In this document: positions 28,956 through 38,098 of the stretch, piece by piece
Layout: every line of letters starts with the position of its first letter
How positions within the stretch are numbered: the first letter of the stretch is position 1
Assembly: GCA_963703345.1 (NCBI GenBank)
Contig: OY969814.1
Span: 224,001 to 288,000, forward strand
DNA: 64,000 nucleotides
Source of the DNA: an uncultured Chloroflexia bacterium
GTDB lineage: Bacteria; Chloroflexota; Dehalococcoidia; DSTF01; JALHUB01
Direction of reading: 5' to 3'
The notes under the pieces: generated by a model
Seen by the model: only the letters and a program-made list of their open reading frames with translations
What the model was told of the DNA's origin: nothing
Databases searched by the model: none
Made by a program: the position numbers and the translations under genes

Positions 28956-29255
28956 ATGGCCGACAGAACATTTCATCCAACCGATCTCGAATTTCTCGGC
29001 TTTGAAAGGGACGCCGCCTTCAACTGCCATCGTTGCGGCGGCGAAGGGAAGCACCCTGTCATGCTGAGAGACGAGCATGGGCAAGAAGTGCTGCTCGGCA
29101 AAGGCTGTGTGTGCTTGGAGGCAGAACGTCGCATGCGGGAGGGACACACACCGCTCTTCTGTGGGATTTGCCGAACGCCGATACCGCTCGACACCATGAG
29201 AAATCTCGTGAGGGCCGAAAACAACCGCAGGCAACGCGAGGCGAGGCGATCCTAG
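28956..29255 (+). CDS. small Cys-rich zinc-finger protein
   Basis: AAGGAGG RBS; CHRC, CVC, CGIC. Confidence 0.65.
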   Translation: MADRTFHPTDLEFLGFERDAAFNCHRCGGEGKHPVMLRDEHGQEVLLGKGCVCLEAERRMREGHTPLFCGICRTPIPLDTMRNLVRAENNRRQREARRS

Positions 29256-29362
29256 CACCCCGAGAAGTGACGGAAAACGGCAACTCTCCCCTTGCTGCAG
29301 TGCTTACAAGACGCCTTCGACGTGTTAGCCGGCGACGACTATGGCTCTGTTTCTGACATGCA

Positions 29363-30136
29363 CTACTCTACCGGAAAGAATGCCCATGTATCTGTGTCAA
29401 CCACCTTGACCTGTCCGGACAGCACGTCTTGAACTTCAAGCCGGGCCGGCCCTGTCTGAAACCTCTCACCGAAATTAGACTTCATGAAGTAGAGATCCAG
29501 ATCGAACTCGGTGTGGCCGCGGACGTGTTCGTGGTGCTCCAAGTTGATGTCCGTCGGAAGGTGAGGCACGTCCCCGACCTCAGAGGCAAGTATGACGCTA
29601 AAATCCTTCTGAGTTCGAATGCAGGGGCCATTGGCGTAGATGATCTCCTCGTTTCCGTCGCCCAGATAGTCAACTGTCGCAGGAACGTGCGGTACGGCCA
29701 TTCGGAGGCGAAGGAGGACTCTCTTCATGCCACGGTTGACGATAAAAACGTCGGTCACCATATAGATGCAATGCTCCTTCGTTCCTGCCACTGGCGGGGT
29801 GACGCTCCCAAGCCCGCCGGTCGTCACGTACAAGTTGAGGGGCTGATGGACAGACTCCGATTCCGCAACGAGCCGAACGCCCGCGTTCACGGCCAAGAGG
29901 AAGAGCGTGCCGAGAATGATTGCGGGTGTTCCGCCGGGAACGTGCCCAGCGACGTCACCCAAAGCCTCCACCTTGTGCGCCTGCGTGATGCCAAAGAGAA
30001 ATAGCAGGGCCACAGCCGTCTGGAGCCTGCCGATCCAGTCTAAGTGACTCGGGATGGGGCGCAGGCAGAGCGCCAGATATCGGAGCACGACGCGCAAGAG
30101 AGGCATGAGGGAAGCCTGTCTCGTCTGCGTTTCCAT
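29363..30136 (-). CDS. hypothetical membrane protein (N-terminal TMs plus beta-rich domain)
   Basis: 257-aa ORF, two hydrophobic segments; TATAAT 8 nt before ATG. Confidence 0.6.
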   Translation of the reverse strand: METQTRQASLMPLLRVVLRYLALCLRPIPSHLDWIGRLQTAVALLFLFGITQAHKVEALGDVAGHVPGGTPAIILGTLFLLAVNAGVRLVAESESVHQPLNLYVTTGGLGSVTPPVAGTKEHCIYMVTDVFIVNRGMKRVLLRLRMAVPHVPATVDYLGDGNEEIIYANGPCIRTQKDFSVILASEVGDVPHLPTDINLEHHEHVRGHTEFDLDLYFMKSNFGERFQTGPARLEVQDVLSGQVKVVDTDTWAFFPVE

Positions 30137-30246
30137 TTGGCGGCATTATACACCAGCCTACGGGCGGCGCGTCCGAAGCCAGTCGTGACGCGAACCCCTT
30201 ACGATCCCGCCCCGCCCCTGCTATCCTGACCGTGGGTGATTATCTC

Positions 30247-30291
30247 GTAGGGGAGGCCTGCCCGCCTCAGGAGGGACTTTACTCCTCCCGC
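30247..30291. repeat. REP-like palindrome, copy 2
   Basis: GTAGGGGAGG...GGACTTTACTCCTCCCGC, shares core with 18618-18643. Confidence 0.5.
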
Positions 30292-30445
30292 GTTCCGGAT
30301 TCCGACGATGGAGCTTACACTTCGGCCCGCTTTTCGACGCGTTTTTTGCGCACCTTTCTAGATTCACTCCGTCACAACGCAGATTCAGAGAGACGCACGA
30401 AAAATAATTGAATTCAATGGGTCAATTCGGCCGATGGACGCCCCG

Positions 30446-31549
30446 TCAGGCGTAGCCGAGCGCCTTCTCTATCGCCGATAGCTCGGCGGGAAGCTCCAGC
30501 AGGTCCACCTTCGCCTTCATCGCCGTGTCCGGGTCCTTCAGGCCGCTGCCGGTAATGATGCAAACGACGGTCTGACCCCTCAGGTCCATGCTCTCGTGAG
30601 CCACCTTCAGCAGGCCCGCCACGCACGCCGCCGACGCCGGCTCGCAGAAGACGCCCTCTTCCCGCGCCAGGCGGTAGTAGGCGTCCATGATCTCGTCGTC
30701 GGTCACCGAGCGGATGTCGCCGCCGGACTCGTCGCGGGCGGCCGTGGCGAACTTCCAGCTCGCCGGGTTGCCGATGCGGATGGCCGTCGCTATCGTCTGC
30801 GGCTCTTCGACGGGGTGCCCGAGGACGATGGGCGCGGCGCCGGCCGCCTGCCAGCCCATCATGCGCGGTCGCTTCGTCGCCCGGCCGAGGTCGTGGTACT
30901 CGCGGAAGCCGCGCCAGTAGGAGGTGATGTTGCCGGCGTTGCCGACGGGGATGAACAAGAAGTCGGGCGCGTCGCCGAGGGCGTCGACGATCTCGAAGGC
31001 GGCGGTCTTCTGCCCCTCAATGCGATAGGGGTTGACGGAGTTGACGAGGGCGATGGGATGGATGTCGGTGATGGTCAGCGCCAGGCGCAGGGCGGCGTCG
31101 AAGTTGCCGTCGATGGCGATGACGCGGGCGCCGTGCGCGACGGCCTGCGCCAGCTTGCCCTGCGCGATGCGTCCCTTCGGCACGAGGACGTAGACCTGGA
31201 GGCCGCAGTGCGCGGCGAAGGCGGCGGCGGAGGCGCTGGTGTTGCCGGTGGAGGCGCACATGATCGCCTTGTCGCCCTCCTCGACGGCCTTGGCGACGGC
31301 GACGACCATGCCGCGGTCCTTGAACGAGCCGGTGGGATTGCAGGACTCCAGCTTGAAATAGAGCGCCTCGCAGCCGACCTCCTTTTCGAGATGCTGGGAG
31401 CGGACGAGCGGCGTGCCGCCCTCGCCGATGTAGAGCATGGGCGTCCGGCTGGTGATAGGCAGATGGTCGCGGTAGCGTCGGAGGACGCCGGGCCCGCGAT
31501 CGGCTAGACCTCGGTCGCCGGTGTCACTCGTGGAAGAGGCCGAGGGCAT
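30446..31549 (-). CDS. thrC: threonine synthase
   Basis: NPTGSFKDRG, CASTGNTSAS, NSVNPYRIEGQKT, PVGNAGN, TGSGLKD. Confidence 0.96.
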   Translation of the reverse strand: MPSASSTSDTGDRGLADRGPGVLRRYRDHLPITSRTPMLYIGEGGTPLVRSQHLEKEVGCEALYFKLESCNPTGSFKDRGMVVAVAKAVEEGDKAIMCASTGNTSASAAAFAAHCGLQVYVLVPKGRIAQGKLAQAVAHGARVIAIDGNFDAALRLALTITDIHPIALVNSVNPYRIEGQKTAAFEIVDALGDAPDFLFIPVGNAGNITSYWRGFREYHDLGRATKRPRMMGWQAAGAAPIVLGHPVEEPQTIATAIRIGNPASWKFATAARDESGGDIRSVTDDEIMDAYYRLAREEGVFCEPASAACVAGLLKVAHESMDLRGQTVVCIITGSGLKDPDTAMKAKVDLLELPAELSAIEKALGYA

Positions 31550-32537
31550 GCTGTTGAAGCTCCTTTATCTCCCGTTCCAGGTCGCTTATCTGACGTCGTT
31601 TGAGCTGCTCCTGGCTCTGGGTCAGCTTGAGGAGGTGCTCGGCGAGCTCCTGACGGTACTCGTCGAGGCGCTCCAGGAGGGCGTCGAGGCGCCCCTCGTA
31701 GCCGTGGTGCTTGCCTTCGAGGGCGGCGAGCAGGCGCTGGTGCTCATCGCGGGCGGTGGAGAGGGAGGTGACGAGCTCTTCGAGCTGGTTCAGGTGCGTC
31801 TCCAGACGTTGTCGCTCCGCGCGGCCGAGGTCGATGCGCTCCGGAAGCTCATTGAGCGCCGTCAGCCGCTGCTCGTGGTCGGCGATCTCCGACTCGATGC
31901 GGCGCACGACGTCGCCGAGGAGTCGCGTGCGTTCGCTCGTGGTTTCGCCGGCTCGCAGCGTGTTCTCCATGGCGGCCTCGAACTCGGGTAGCCTCTGGTC
32001 GAGCCGGTTCACGGCTTCGAGTGTGCGGCTAGCGCGGCCCTCGAGCTCATCGAGGCGCTGCTGGAGCTCGGCTGTCTGATGGGCCGTGGCGGCGGCCGAT
32101 TCCTGATAGCGCTTGCCGGTCTCCTCGATGCCGTTCTGGCGCTCTTGCCAGGAGGCGATCTGGCGTTCGAGGTCCTGCGCCTGTCGCGCGAGGTCTGCCC
32201 TCTCCCCGCGGATGTGCTCGTTCTCCGCTTGTTGCTGTCGCGCGGCCTCCTCGGCGTGGGCGCGGGCGCGCTCCTGCTCCTCGCGGAGGCGGGCTGTTAG
32301 CGTCTGAAGCTGGCGGACTTCCTCCTGGAGGAGGGTCAGGGCGGAAAGCTGAGTATTGAGGACGGCGAGAGCCTCGTCCTGGTGACGCGACCGGTCGACG
32401 AGGTCGGATAGCAGCGCCTGGAGCTGTTCAACCTGTTGCTCAAGTTTCGCGGCCTGGACTTTGGCGTTGTGGACCTCGTCCTGAAGCCACTGAGAGCTGC
32501 CCGGCGCGGCCTTTATCTCCTGTTCCTCGGGAGACAT
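31524..32537 (-). CDS. long coiled-coil protein
   Basis: E/Q/R/L-rich heptad pattern over nearly the whole length. Confidence 0.8.
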   Translation of the reverse strand: MSPEEQEIKAAPGSSQWLQDEVHNAKVQAAKLEQQVEQLQALLSDLVDRSRHQDEALAVLNTQLSALTLLQEEVRQLQTLTARLREEQERARAHAEEAARQQQAENEHIRGERADLARQAQDLERQIASWQERQNGIEETGKRYQESAAATAHQTAELQQRLDELEGRASRTLEAVNRLDQRLPEFEAAMENTLRAGETTSERTRLLGDVVRRIESEIADHEQRLTALNELPERIDLGRAERQRLETHLNQLEELVTSLSTARDEHQRLLAALEGKHHGYEGRLDALLERLDEYRQELAEHLLKLTQSQEQLKRRQISDLEREIKELQQHALGLFHE

Positions 32538-32549
32538 CTGCCGTACCCC

Positions 32550-33863
32550 CTACGCCTCGATGCGGATGAAGCTGCCTATTTCATGAACGACGTCGAGGGC
32601 GGCGACCTCACGCAGCGCGGTCTGCACGGCCTTCTCCTGCGCCTCGTGCGTTGTCATGACGATCTCCGCCGTCTGGTCGGCCTCGTTCGACTCCTTCTGG
32701 ATGAAGGTGGCGATGCTTATCTGGTTATTGCCGAGGACGGCGGCGATGCGCGCCAGGACGCCGGGCCTGTCCGCGACCGTCATACGCATGTAGTAGCGGG
32801 TGCGCAGATCATCGATCGGTCGGAGGACGAGGGCGTCGCGGGCAGTCCAGCGCAGCGGCTGTCCGCCGCCGTGCGTGAGGGTGTGAGCGGCGTTGAGCAC
32901 GTCGGCGACGACGGCGCTGGAGGTGGCTTGGGGTCCGGCGCCCGGGCCTTCGAACAGGACGCGGTCGAGGAGGTCGCCTTCGACCTGGATGGCGTTGAGC
33001 ACGCCGTCGACCTTCGCCAGCGGCTCCTCTTCGGCCAGCAGGACGGGATGAACCCGCGCCTGAACTGCGCCGTCCTCTTTCTTGCCGACGGCCAGCAGCT
33101 TTATCGTATAGCCCATCTCGCCGGCGTAGCGGAAGTCTTTGGCGCCGAGACGGGTGATCCCCTCGCGGTAGACCTGGTCGGGCGTGACGGTGGTCCGGAA
33201 GGCGAGACTGGAGAGGATGGCGAGCTTGTAGGCGGCGTCGATGCCTTCGACGTCGTTTGTTGGGTCGGCCTCGGCATAGCCGAGCGACTGGGCGTCCCGC
33301 AGCGCCTCGGCGAAATCGCGGCCGTCTTTGCTCATGGAGGTGAGGATGTAGTTGGTGGTGCCATTGATGATGGCGGAGACGGCGGTGATGTCATTTGCCA
33401 GGAGATCGCGCTTGAGGGGGGCGATAATCGGTATGCCGCCGCCGACGCTGGCTTCGTAGAGGATGTCGACGTTGTTCTGCTGGGCCGCGGCCAACAGCTC
33501 CGGGCCGTGCTTGGCCATGACCTCCTTGTTGGCGGTGACCACGTAGCGTCCCGCCTGGAGGGAACGTCGCATGAGGTCGAAGGCGGGGTTCTCGCCGCCG
33601 AGGAGCTCGATGACGATGTCGAGGTCGGCGAAAGCGAGAAAGGCTTCGGCGTCAGGCGTTACGATGGTCGGGTCGAGGCCGAGTGCTGCCGTCTTGTCGG
33701 CGTCCTTTTCCAGGACGCGGGCGAGGACAAGGGGACAGCCAAGCTGCTCGGAAAAAGGGGCCTGCTTTCCCAGCAGGACACGGGCGACGCCGCTGCCGAT
33801 GACGCCGACCCCCATGAGCCCGACGCGGACGCTACTCCGGCTACTGGCCAGTTGGCTGTGCAG
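32550..33863 (-). CDS. hom: homoserine dehydrogenase with ACT domain (probable CTG start at 33863 or 33851)
   Basis: VRVGLMGVGVIG, VVTANK, EASVGGGIP, NGTTNYIL, GYAEADP, DRPGVLA. Confidence 0.95.
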   Translation of the reverse strand: MHSQLASSRSSVRVGLMGVGVIGSGVARVLLGKQAPFSEQLGCPLVLARVLEKDADKTAALGLDPTIVTPDAEAFLAFADLDIVIELLGGENPAFDLMRRSLQAGRYVVTANKEVMAKHGPELLAAAQQNNVDILYEASVGGGIPIIAPLKRDLLANDITAVSAIINGTTNYILTSMSKDGRDFAEALRDAQSLGYAEADPTNDVEGIDAAYKLAILSSLAFRTTVTPDQVYREGITRLGAKDFRYAGEMGYTIKLLAVGKKEDGAVQARVHPVLLAEEEPLAKVDGVLNAIQVEGDLLDRVLFEGPGAGPQATSSAVVADVLNAAHTLTHGGGQPLRWTARDALVLRPIDDLRTRYYMRMTVADRPGVLARIAAVLGNNQISIATFIQKESNEADQTAEIVMTTHEAQEKAVQTALREVAALDVVHEIGSFIRIEA

Positions 33864-34929
33864 TTGGCGCTACCCCCGATCCGAGGCTCTTTGCGATATC
33901 CTCAAGGTGCGTGATCATTGAGTTGTCGCTGAGGTAAGTGCGATCGATGGAGATCTGGTCGCTTATCTGTTTTTGCCAGTTGGCGTACGACTGGTTTTCG
34001 ATGTCCGTTCGCTCGGTGTCGGTTACCTGCATGGACGACGACTTCTCGGTCAGCTCATAGATGTAGAACGAGTTCAGGTAGGCCAACGGCTGCGTTCTGT
34101 CGCCGACGTTGAGGGCGAAGACAGCGTTCTCGATGTCGGTCGGATAAGCGCCGCGGGGAACCCAGCCCAGGTCACCGCCCTTGTTCTTGCTGGTCGTGTC
34201 CAGAGAGATATCCGCGGCGATAGTGGCAAAGTCTTCGCCCTTGGCCAGCCGGTCCTGGACTGTCTGCGCATCCTGCTGCGACTGGACCCGGATGTCGCTC
34301 AGATGTACCTGCTCGGTGGCGTCGGGGATGGCCGCGCGGATGTGCTGGCGGATCTTGTCTTCGAGGAGTTGGGCTGCGATGAGCTCGCGGTACTCGTCCG
34401 GGGTGAAGCCACTGTTCTTAACGAGCGTGCGATAGGCTTCGGCGTAGGTCGCCTGGTCGGTGGAGTCGGAAAGGCCCAGGTTCTGGCGGATCTTGGCATC
34501 GACCTCATCGTCGCTGACGCTGACGTCAACCTGCGGAGCGCCGACGCGATCTACCTCGTCGCTCGTGAGATCGCTGAACGTTTGCGCCAGGGCCTGATCG
34601 TAGTTGTTCATGATCGGCGTGCCGGGAGCGGCGTTCTTGATCACGTAGCGGAGGCGCTTCTCGACGTAGTTCATCTGATAGGCGCGGTCGCCGACTTTGA
34701 GTACCGTCTCGTGCTGCGGACGGTAGCTGGTCTGCAGGTAGCCGAAGATGCCGATCCCAACGACCGCGAGGGCGGCAACGATGACGCCACCGAGGACGAA
34801 TATCTGAGCGCGGCGCTGGTTGTCACGACGCTTCGCCGTGCGCGATTTCCCGCGAGCTCCCGCACGCCGTCTCTCCTGACGTGATGTTCCCGGACCGCCT
34901 GCGCTAGGGACGCGACCAAAGATGCCCAT
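33841..34929 (-). CDS. membrane-anchored PpiC/SurA-type peptidyl-prolyl isomerase
   Basis: TM helix, SurA-N-like region, GEDFATIA..S.D...GGDLGW. Confidence 0.85.
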   Translation of the reverse strand: MGIFGRVPSAGGPGTSRQERRRAGARGKSRTAKRRDNQRRAQIFVLGGVIVAALAVVGIGIFGYLQTSYRPQHETVLKVGDRAYQMNYVEKRLRYVIKNAAPGTPIMNNYDQALAQTFSDLTSDEVDRVGAPQVDVSVSDDEVDAKIRQNLGLSDSTDQATYAEAYRTLVKNSGFTPDEYRELIAAQLLEDKIRQHIRAAIPDATEQVHLSDIRVQSQQDAQTVQDRLAKGEDFATIAADISLDTTSKNKGGDLGWVPRGAYPTDIENAVFALNVGDRTQPLAYLNSFYIYELTEKSSSMQVTDTERTDIENQSYANWQKQISDQISIDRTYLSDNSMITHLEDIAKSLGSGVAPTAQPTGQ

Positions 34930-35008
34930 GGTAGCTAACGCTCACTTTCCTCCAGGTACGGGTGAATTTGAAGGGAGAAGTCCAACGGTTTCACCAGTCG
35001 GAGGGAGG

Positions 35009-35383
35009 TCAGCCGCGGTTAGGCGAGGGACCGGTTGTCCGAAGGTGGTCGGCTGTATAGGGCAGCAACGCCAGGTGCCGTGCCCTCTTCAAGGCGATGG
35101 TAAGGCGTCGCTGGTGCCTGGCGCAGGTGCCGGTCTTGCGCCGGGGCTCGATCTTGCCGCGGTCGGACAGGTAGCGACGCAAGGCGTCCACGTCCTTGTA
35201 ATCGATGCGGGCCACTTTCTCGGCGCAGAAGAAGCAGACTTTGCGACGGGAAGTGTAGCGCGGCCTTCTTCGTTCGGGGCGGGCCCCCTCCGCCGGACGC
35301 TCTTCCTCCGTCGCCGCTGCCGTTGCCTGCTCCGGCTGAGTCACTTCCGCCTCTATTGGATTCTCGACTTGCTCTTCATTCAC
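35009..35383 (-). CDS. rpsR: 30S ribosomal protein S18 (Cys-containing form)
   Basis: [33 protein letters not shown]. Confidence 0.96.
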   Translation of the reverse strand: MNEEQVENPIEAEVTQPEQATAAATEEERPAEGARPERRRPRYTSRRKVCFFCAEKVARIDYKDVDALRRYLSDRGKIEPRRKTGTCARHQRRLTIALKRARHLALLPYTADHLRTTGPSPNRG

Positions 35384-35470
35384 CAGTTTGCTCAGCCGCC
35401 TCTCTCAAAATGGTTCTTCAAATGGACAAGGACAGTATACGCCTCCGACGGCTATCGTTGAAGGAGCCGC

Positions 35471-35875
35471 CTATTCGAACGGCAGGTCGTCCGGTTCGAT
35501 AGTTTCCTGCAACGGTTCCTCTTCCGCCAGAGGCGCTGCCTGGACGCGGTCGAGGAAGAGTACGGTGTTGGCTATGACCTCTGTACGAAAGCGCTTCTGG
35601 CCGTCCGGAGCTTCCCAGGAGCGGGTGCGCAGGCGTCCTTCGATATAGGCGCGGCGACCCTTCTGGAGGAACTGGCTGCAGTTTTCGGCCAGGCGGCTCC
35701 AGGTAACGATGTTGAACCATTCGGTCTCTTCGCGGCGTTCGCCTTCGGGAGTCGTATAGTTTCGGCTGGTTGCGACGCGAAAGGTGGCCACGGGATTGCC
35801 GTTGGCGGTATACCGCATCTCCGGATCAGTGCCGACGTTGCCGATGATCATTACCTTGTTCAAGCCGCCCGCCAT
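35471..35875 (-). CDS. ssb: single-stranded DNA-binding protein
   Basis: NKVMIIGN..DPEMRY, EGRLRTRSW, DDLPF tail. Confidence 0.97.
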   Translation of the reverse strand: MAGGLNKVMIIGNVGTDPEMRYTANGNPVATFRVATSRNYTTPEGERREETEWFNIVTWSRLAENCSQFLQKGRRAYIEGRLRTRSWEAPDGQKRFRTEVIANTVLFLDRVQAAPLAEEEPLQETIEPDDLPFE

Positions 35876-35914
35876 AGCTACGACTCCTTTCGCCGGACGA
35901 ATCCTTTCGGCCGG

Positions 35915-36202
35915 CTAATCCTCAGCCTTCACGAGAAGATGGCGCAGTACTTCTTCGGACAGGTGCAGGGACGCCTCAAGCTCGGCGGTCTGCGAGGGTT
36001 CCATGCGGAAGTGCGTGATGACGTAGTTGCCTTCGCGGCGGCTCTTGATGGGATAGGACAGCCGACGCTTGCCCCAGGGGTTGACGTCGACGATTTCGCC
36101 GCCGCGGGAGGTGACGAATTGCGTCATGCGTTCGACCGCGGCGGAGGCCTGTTCATCCTCCAGCTCCGGGTCGATGACCAGTACTAGCTCATATTCGCGC
36201 AA
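35915..36202 (-). CDS. rpsF: 30S ribosomal protein S6
   Basis: REYELVLVI, WGKRRLSYPI, EGNY, VLRHL; TTG start after AGGAGG. Confidence 0.96.
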   Translation of the reverse strand: MREYELVLVIDPELEDEQASAAVERMTQFVTSRGGEIVDVNPWGKRRLSYPIKSRREGNYVITHFRMEPSQTAELEASLHLSEEVLRHLLVKAED

Positions 36203-36313
36203 TAGCCTGCTTCCTCCTGTTCGTTGAATAGAGAGCAAACAGCCTCGACCCTCCGCTCAAATCGGACCGGTCGGGCTTTGAAAGACTGTCAGCCTGAAGG
36301 GTCAAGCGGCGAA

Positions 36314-36342
36314 ATTATAGTTCCAAGAAACGGCGAAGTCAA
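36314..36342 (-). promoter_or_regulatory. sigma70-type promoter of rpsF-ssb-rpsR
   Basis: Minus strand TTGACT-17 nt-TATAAT. Confidence 0.8.
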
Positions 36343-36401
36343 TGGCGACTGCACCAGGGCGACGGGCCGGCTTTCGCCAGATGACGGAAAATGGCGCTGC
36401 G

Positions 36402-37868
36402 TCAGGCGGGCCAAAGGTGCGTAGTATGGCTTCGGCGCTGGCGCACTGCCGCTCCTGTCCGGTAGGCCGCATCGGTAACCGCGCGCGCTACGGCCCGCGC
36501 GACATGACGGTTGAAGACGCTGGGAACTATGTACTCCTCGTGCAGCTCTCTCTCCGGCACCTGGGCAGCGATTGCCTCTGCGGCGGCGAGCTTCATCTCT
36601 TCGTTCACAGTCGTCGCGTGAGCGTCGAGGAGGCCGCGGAAGAAGCCGGGGAAGCAGAGCACGTTGTTGATCTGGTTCGGGTAGTCGGAGCGGCCGGTGG
36701 CCATTACGCGCACGTACGGCTCGGCCTCTTCCGGTGGTATCTCGGGGTCGGGATTAGCCATGGCGAAGACGATCGGGTCGGGGGCCATCGCGCGCAGGTG
36801 ATCGACGGTTAGCATTCCGGGCCCGGAGAGGCCGATGAAGACATCAGCGCCTTTAATGGCGGCCGCGAGTTCGCCCTTGACCTGGCGCGGGTTCGTGTTC
36901 TCGGCGTACCAGACCTTCTCTTTGTTCATGTGCTCGGTGCGCCCCTTGTAGAGGGTTCCAGCGCGGTCCACGCCGATTATGTCCTTGACGCCGGCGGACA
37001 TCAGGATCTTGCTGCAGGCGACGCCGGCCGCGCCGACGCCCAGGAAGACGACCTTCAGGTCCTCCATCTTCTTGTCAACGACCTTGACAGCGTTGAACAG
37101 TCCGGCAAGGACGACGACCGCTGTGCCGTGCTGGTCGTCGTGGAAGACGGGAATGTCCAGCTCCCGCTTCAGCCGTTCCTCGATTTCGAAGCACCGGGGA
37201 GCGGCTATGTCTTCGAGGTTGATGCCGCCGAAGACTGGACTGATAGCCTTGACGACCTGGACGATCTCATCAGTGTCCTTAGTTTGGAGGCAAATGGGCC
37301 AGGCATCGACGCCGCCGAACTCCTTGAAGAGGATCGCCTTGCCTTCCATGACGGGAAGCGCAGCGGCCGGACCGATGTCGCCGAGGCCGAGGACAGCGGT
37401 GCCGTCCGTGACGACGGCGACGGAGTTGCCCTTGACGGTTAGACTCCAGACGGCCACGGGCTCGTGGTAGATGGCCTGACAGATACGGGCGACGCCGGGG
37501 GTGTAAGCGGCGGAGAGGTCGCCGCGCGTGTTTAGAGGCACGCGGCTGTTGACTTCGATTTTTCCGCCGAGGTGGAGCAGGAAGACAGGATCGGAGATGC
37601 TGCGAAGGCTTACTTTCTCGAGCGACTTTATGGCCTCGGTGATCTGATGAGCGTGTTCTATGTCACGGGCGGTGAAGGTGATGTCGCGGACCATGGTGTC
37701 GCGGGTGGACTGGACGATGTCGACGGCACCGATGTCGCCGCCGGCCTGGCCGATAGCGGAGGCTATCCTGCCGAGCATACCGACCTGATTGGGGTAGGCG
37801 GTCCGAATAGTGAGGGTGTAGCCGCCGCCGGGTACGTCACCCTTGATTGCTGTCATTCGCCGTTCCAT
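36402..37868 (-). CDS. malic enzyme with N-terminal ACT domain
   Basis: AYTPGVA, VTDGTAVLGLGDIG, PVMEGKA, INLEDI, FHDDQHGTA, ATGRSDYPNQINN. Confidence 0.95.
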   Translation of the reverse strand: MERRMTAIKGDVPGGGYTLTIRTAYPNQVGMLGRIASAIGQAGGDIGAVDIVQSTRDTMVRDITFTARDIEHAHQITEAIKSLEKVSLRSISDPVFLLHLGGKIEVNSRVPLNTRGDLSAAYTPGVARICQAIYHEPVAVWSLTVKGNSVAVVTDGTAVLGLGDIGPAAALPVMEGKAILFKEFGGVDAWPICLQTKDTDEIVQVVKAISPVFGGINLEDIAAPRCFEIEERLKRELDIPVFHDDQHGTAVVVLAGLFNAVKVVDKKMEDLKVVFLGVGAAGVACSKILMSAGVKDIIGVDRAGTLYKGRTEHMNKEKVWYAENTNPRQVKGELAAAIKGADVFIGLSGPGMLTVDHLRAMAPDPIVFAMANPDPEIPPEEAEPYVRVMATGRSDYPNQINNVLCFPGFFRGLLDAHATTVNEEMKLAAAEAIAAQVPERELHEEYIVPSVFNRHVARAVARAVTDAAYRTGAAVRQRRSHTTHLWPA

Positions 37869-38098
37869 GGTGCCTCCCTTCAGCCAACATTATACGGCGG
37901 GCTGAACGAGAGACACCAGCATGGGTAGGAGATATCGGATAGGAACTATACGCCGGGAAGACGAACCTCCGCGAATGCATCGGCGGAGATCCCGGACGGA
38001 GTTCGCGCTGCGGTCGCCATTCACGTCGGCGACTTCGACGTTATTGGCATGGCTGTCGTTGTTTGTGTCCTTCGCGGTGGTCGGAGCCGTGCCGAACT

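Noticed and set aside
27523-30420. Prophage or integron
   Set aside because: No integrase, structural genes, attC-like repeats or flanking direct repeats recognised.
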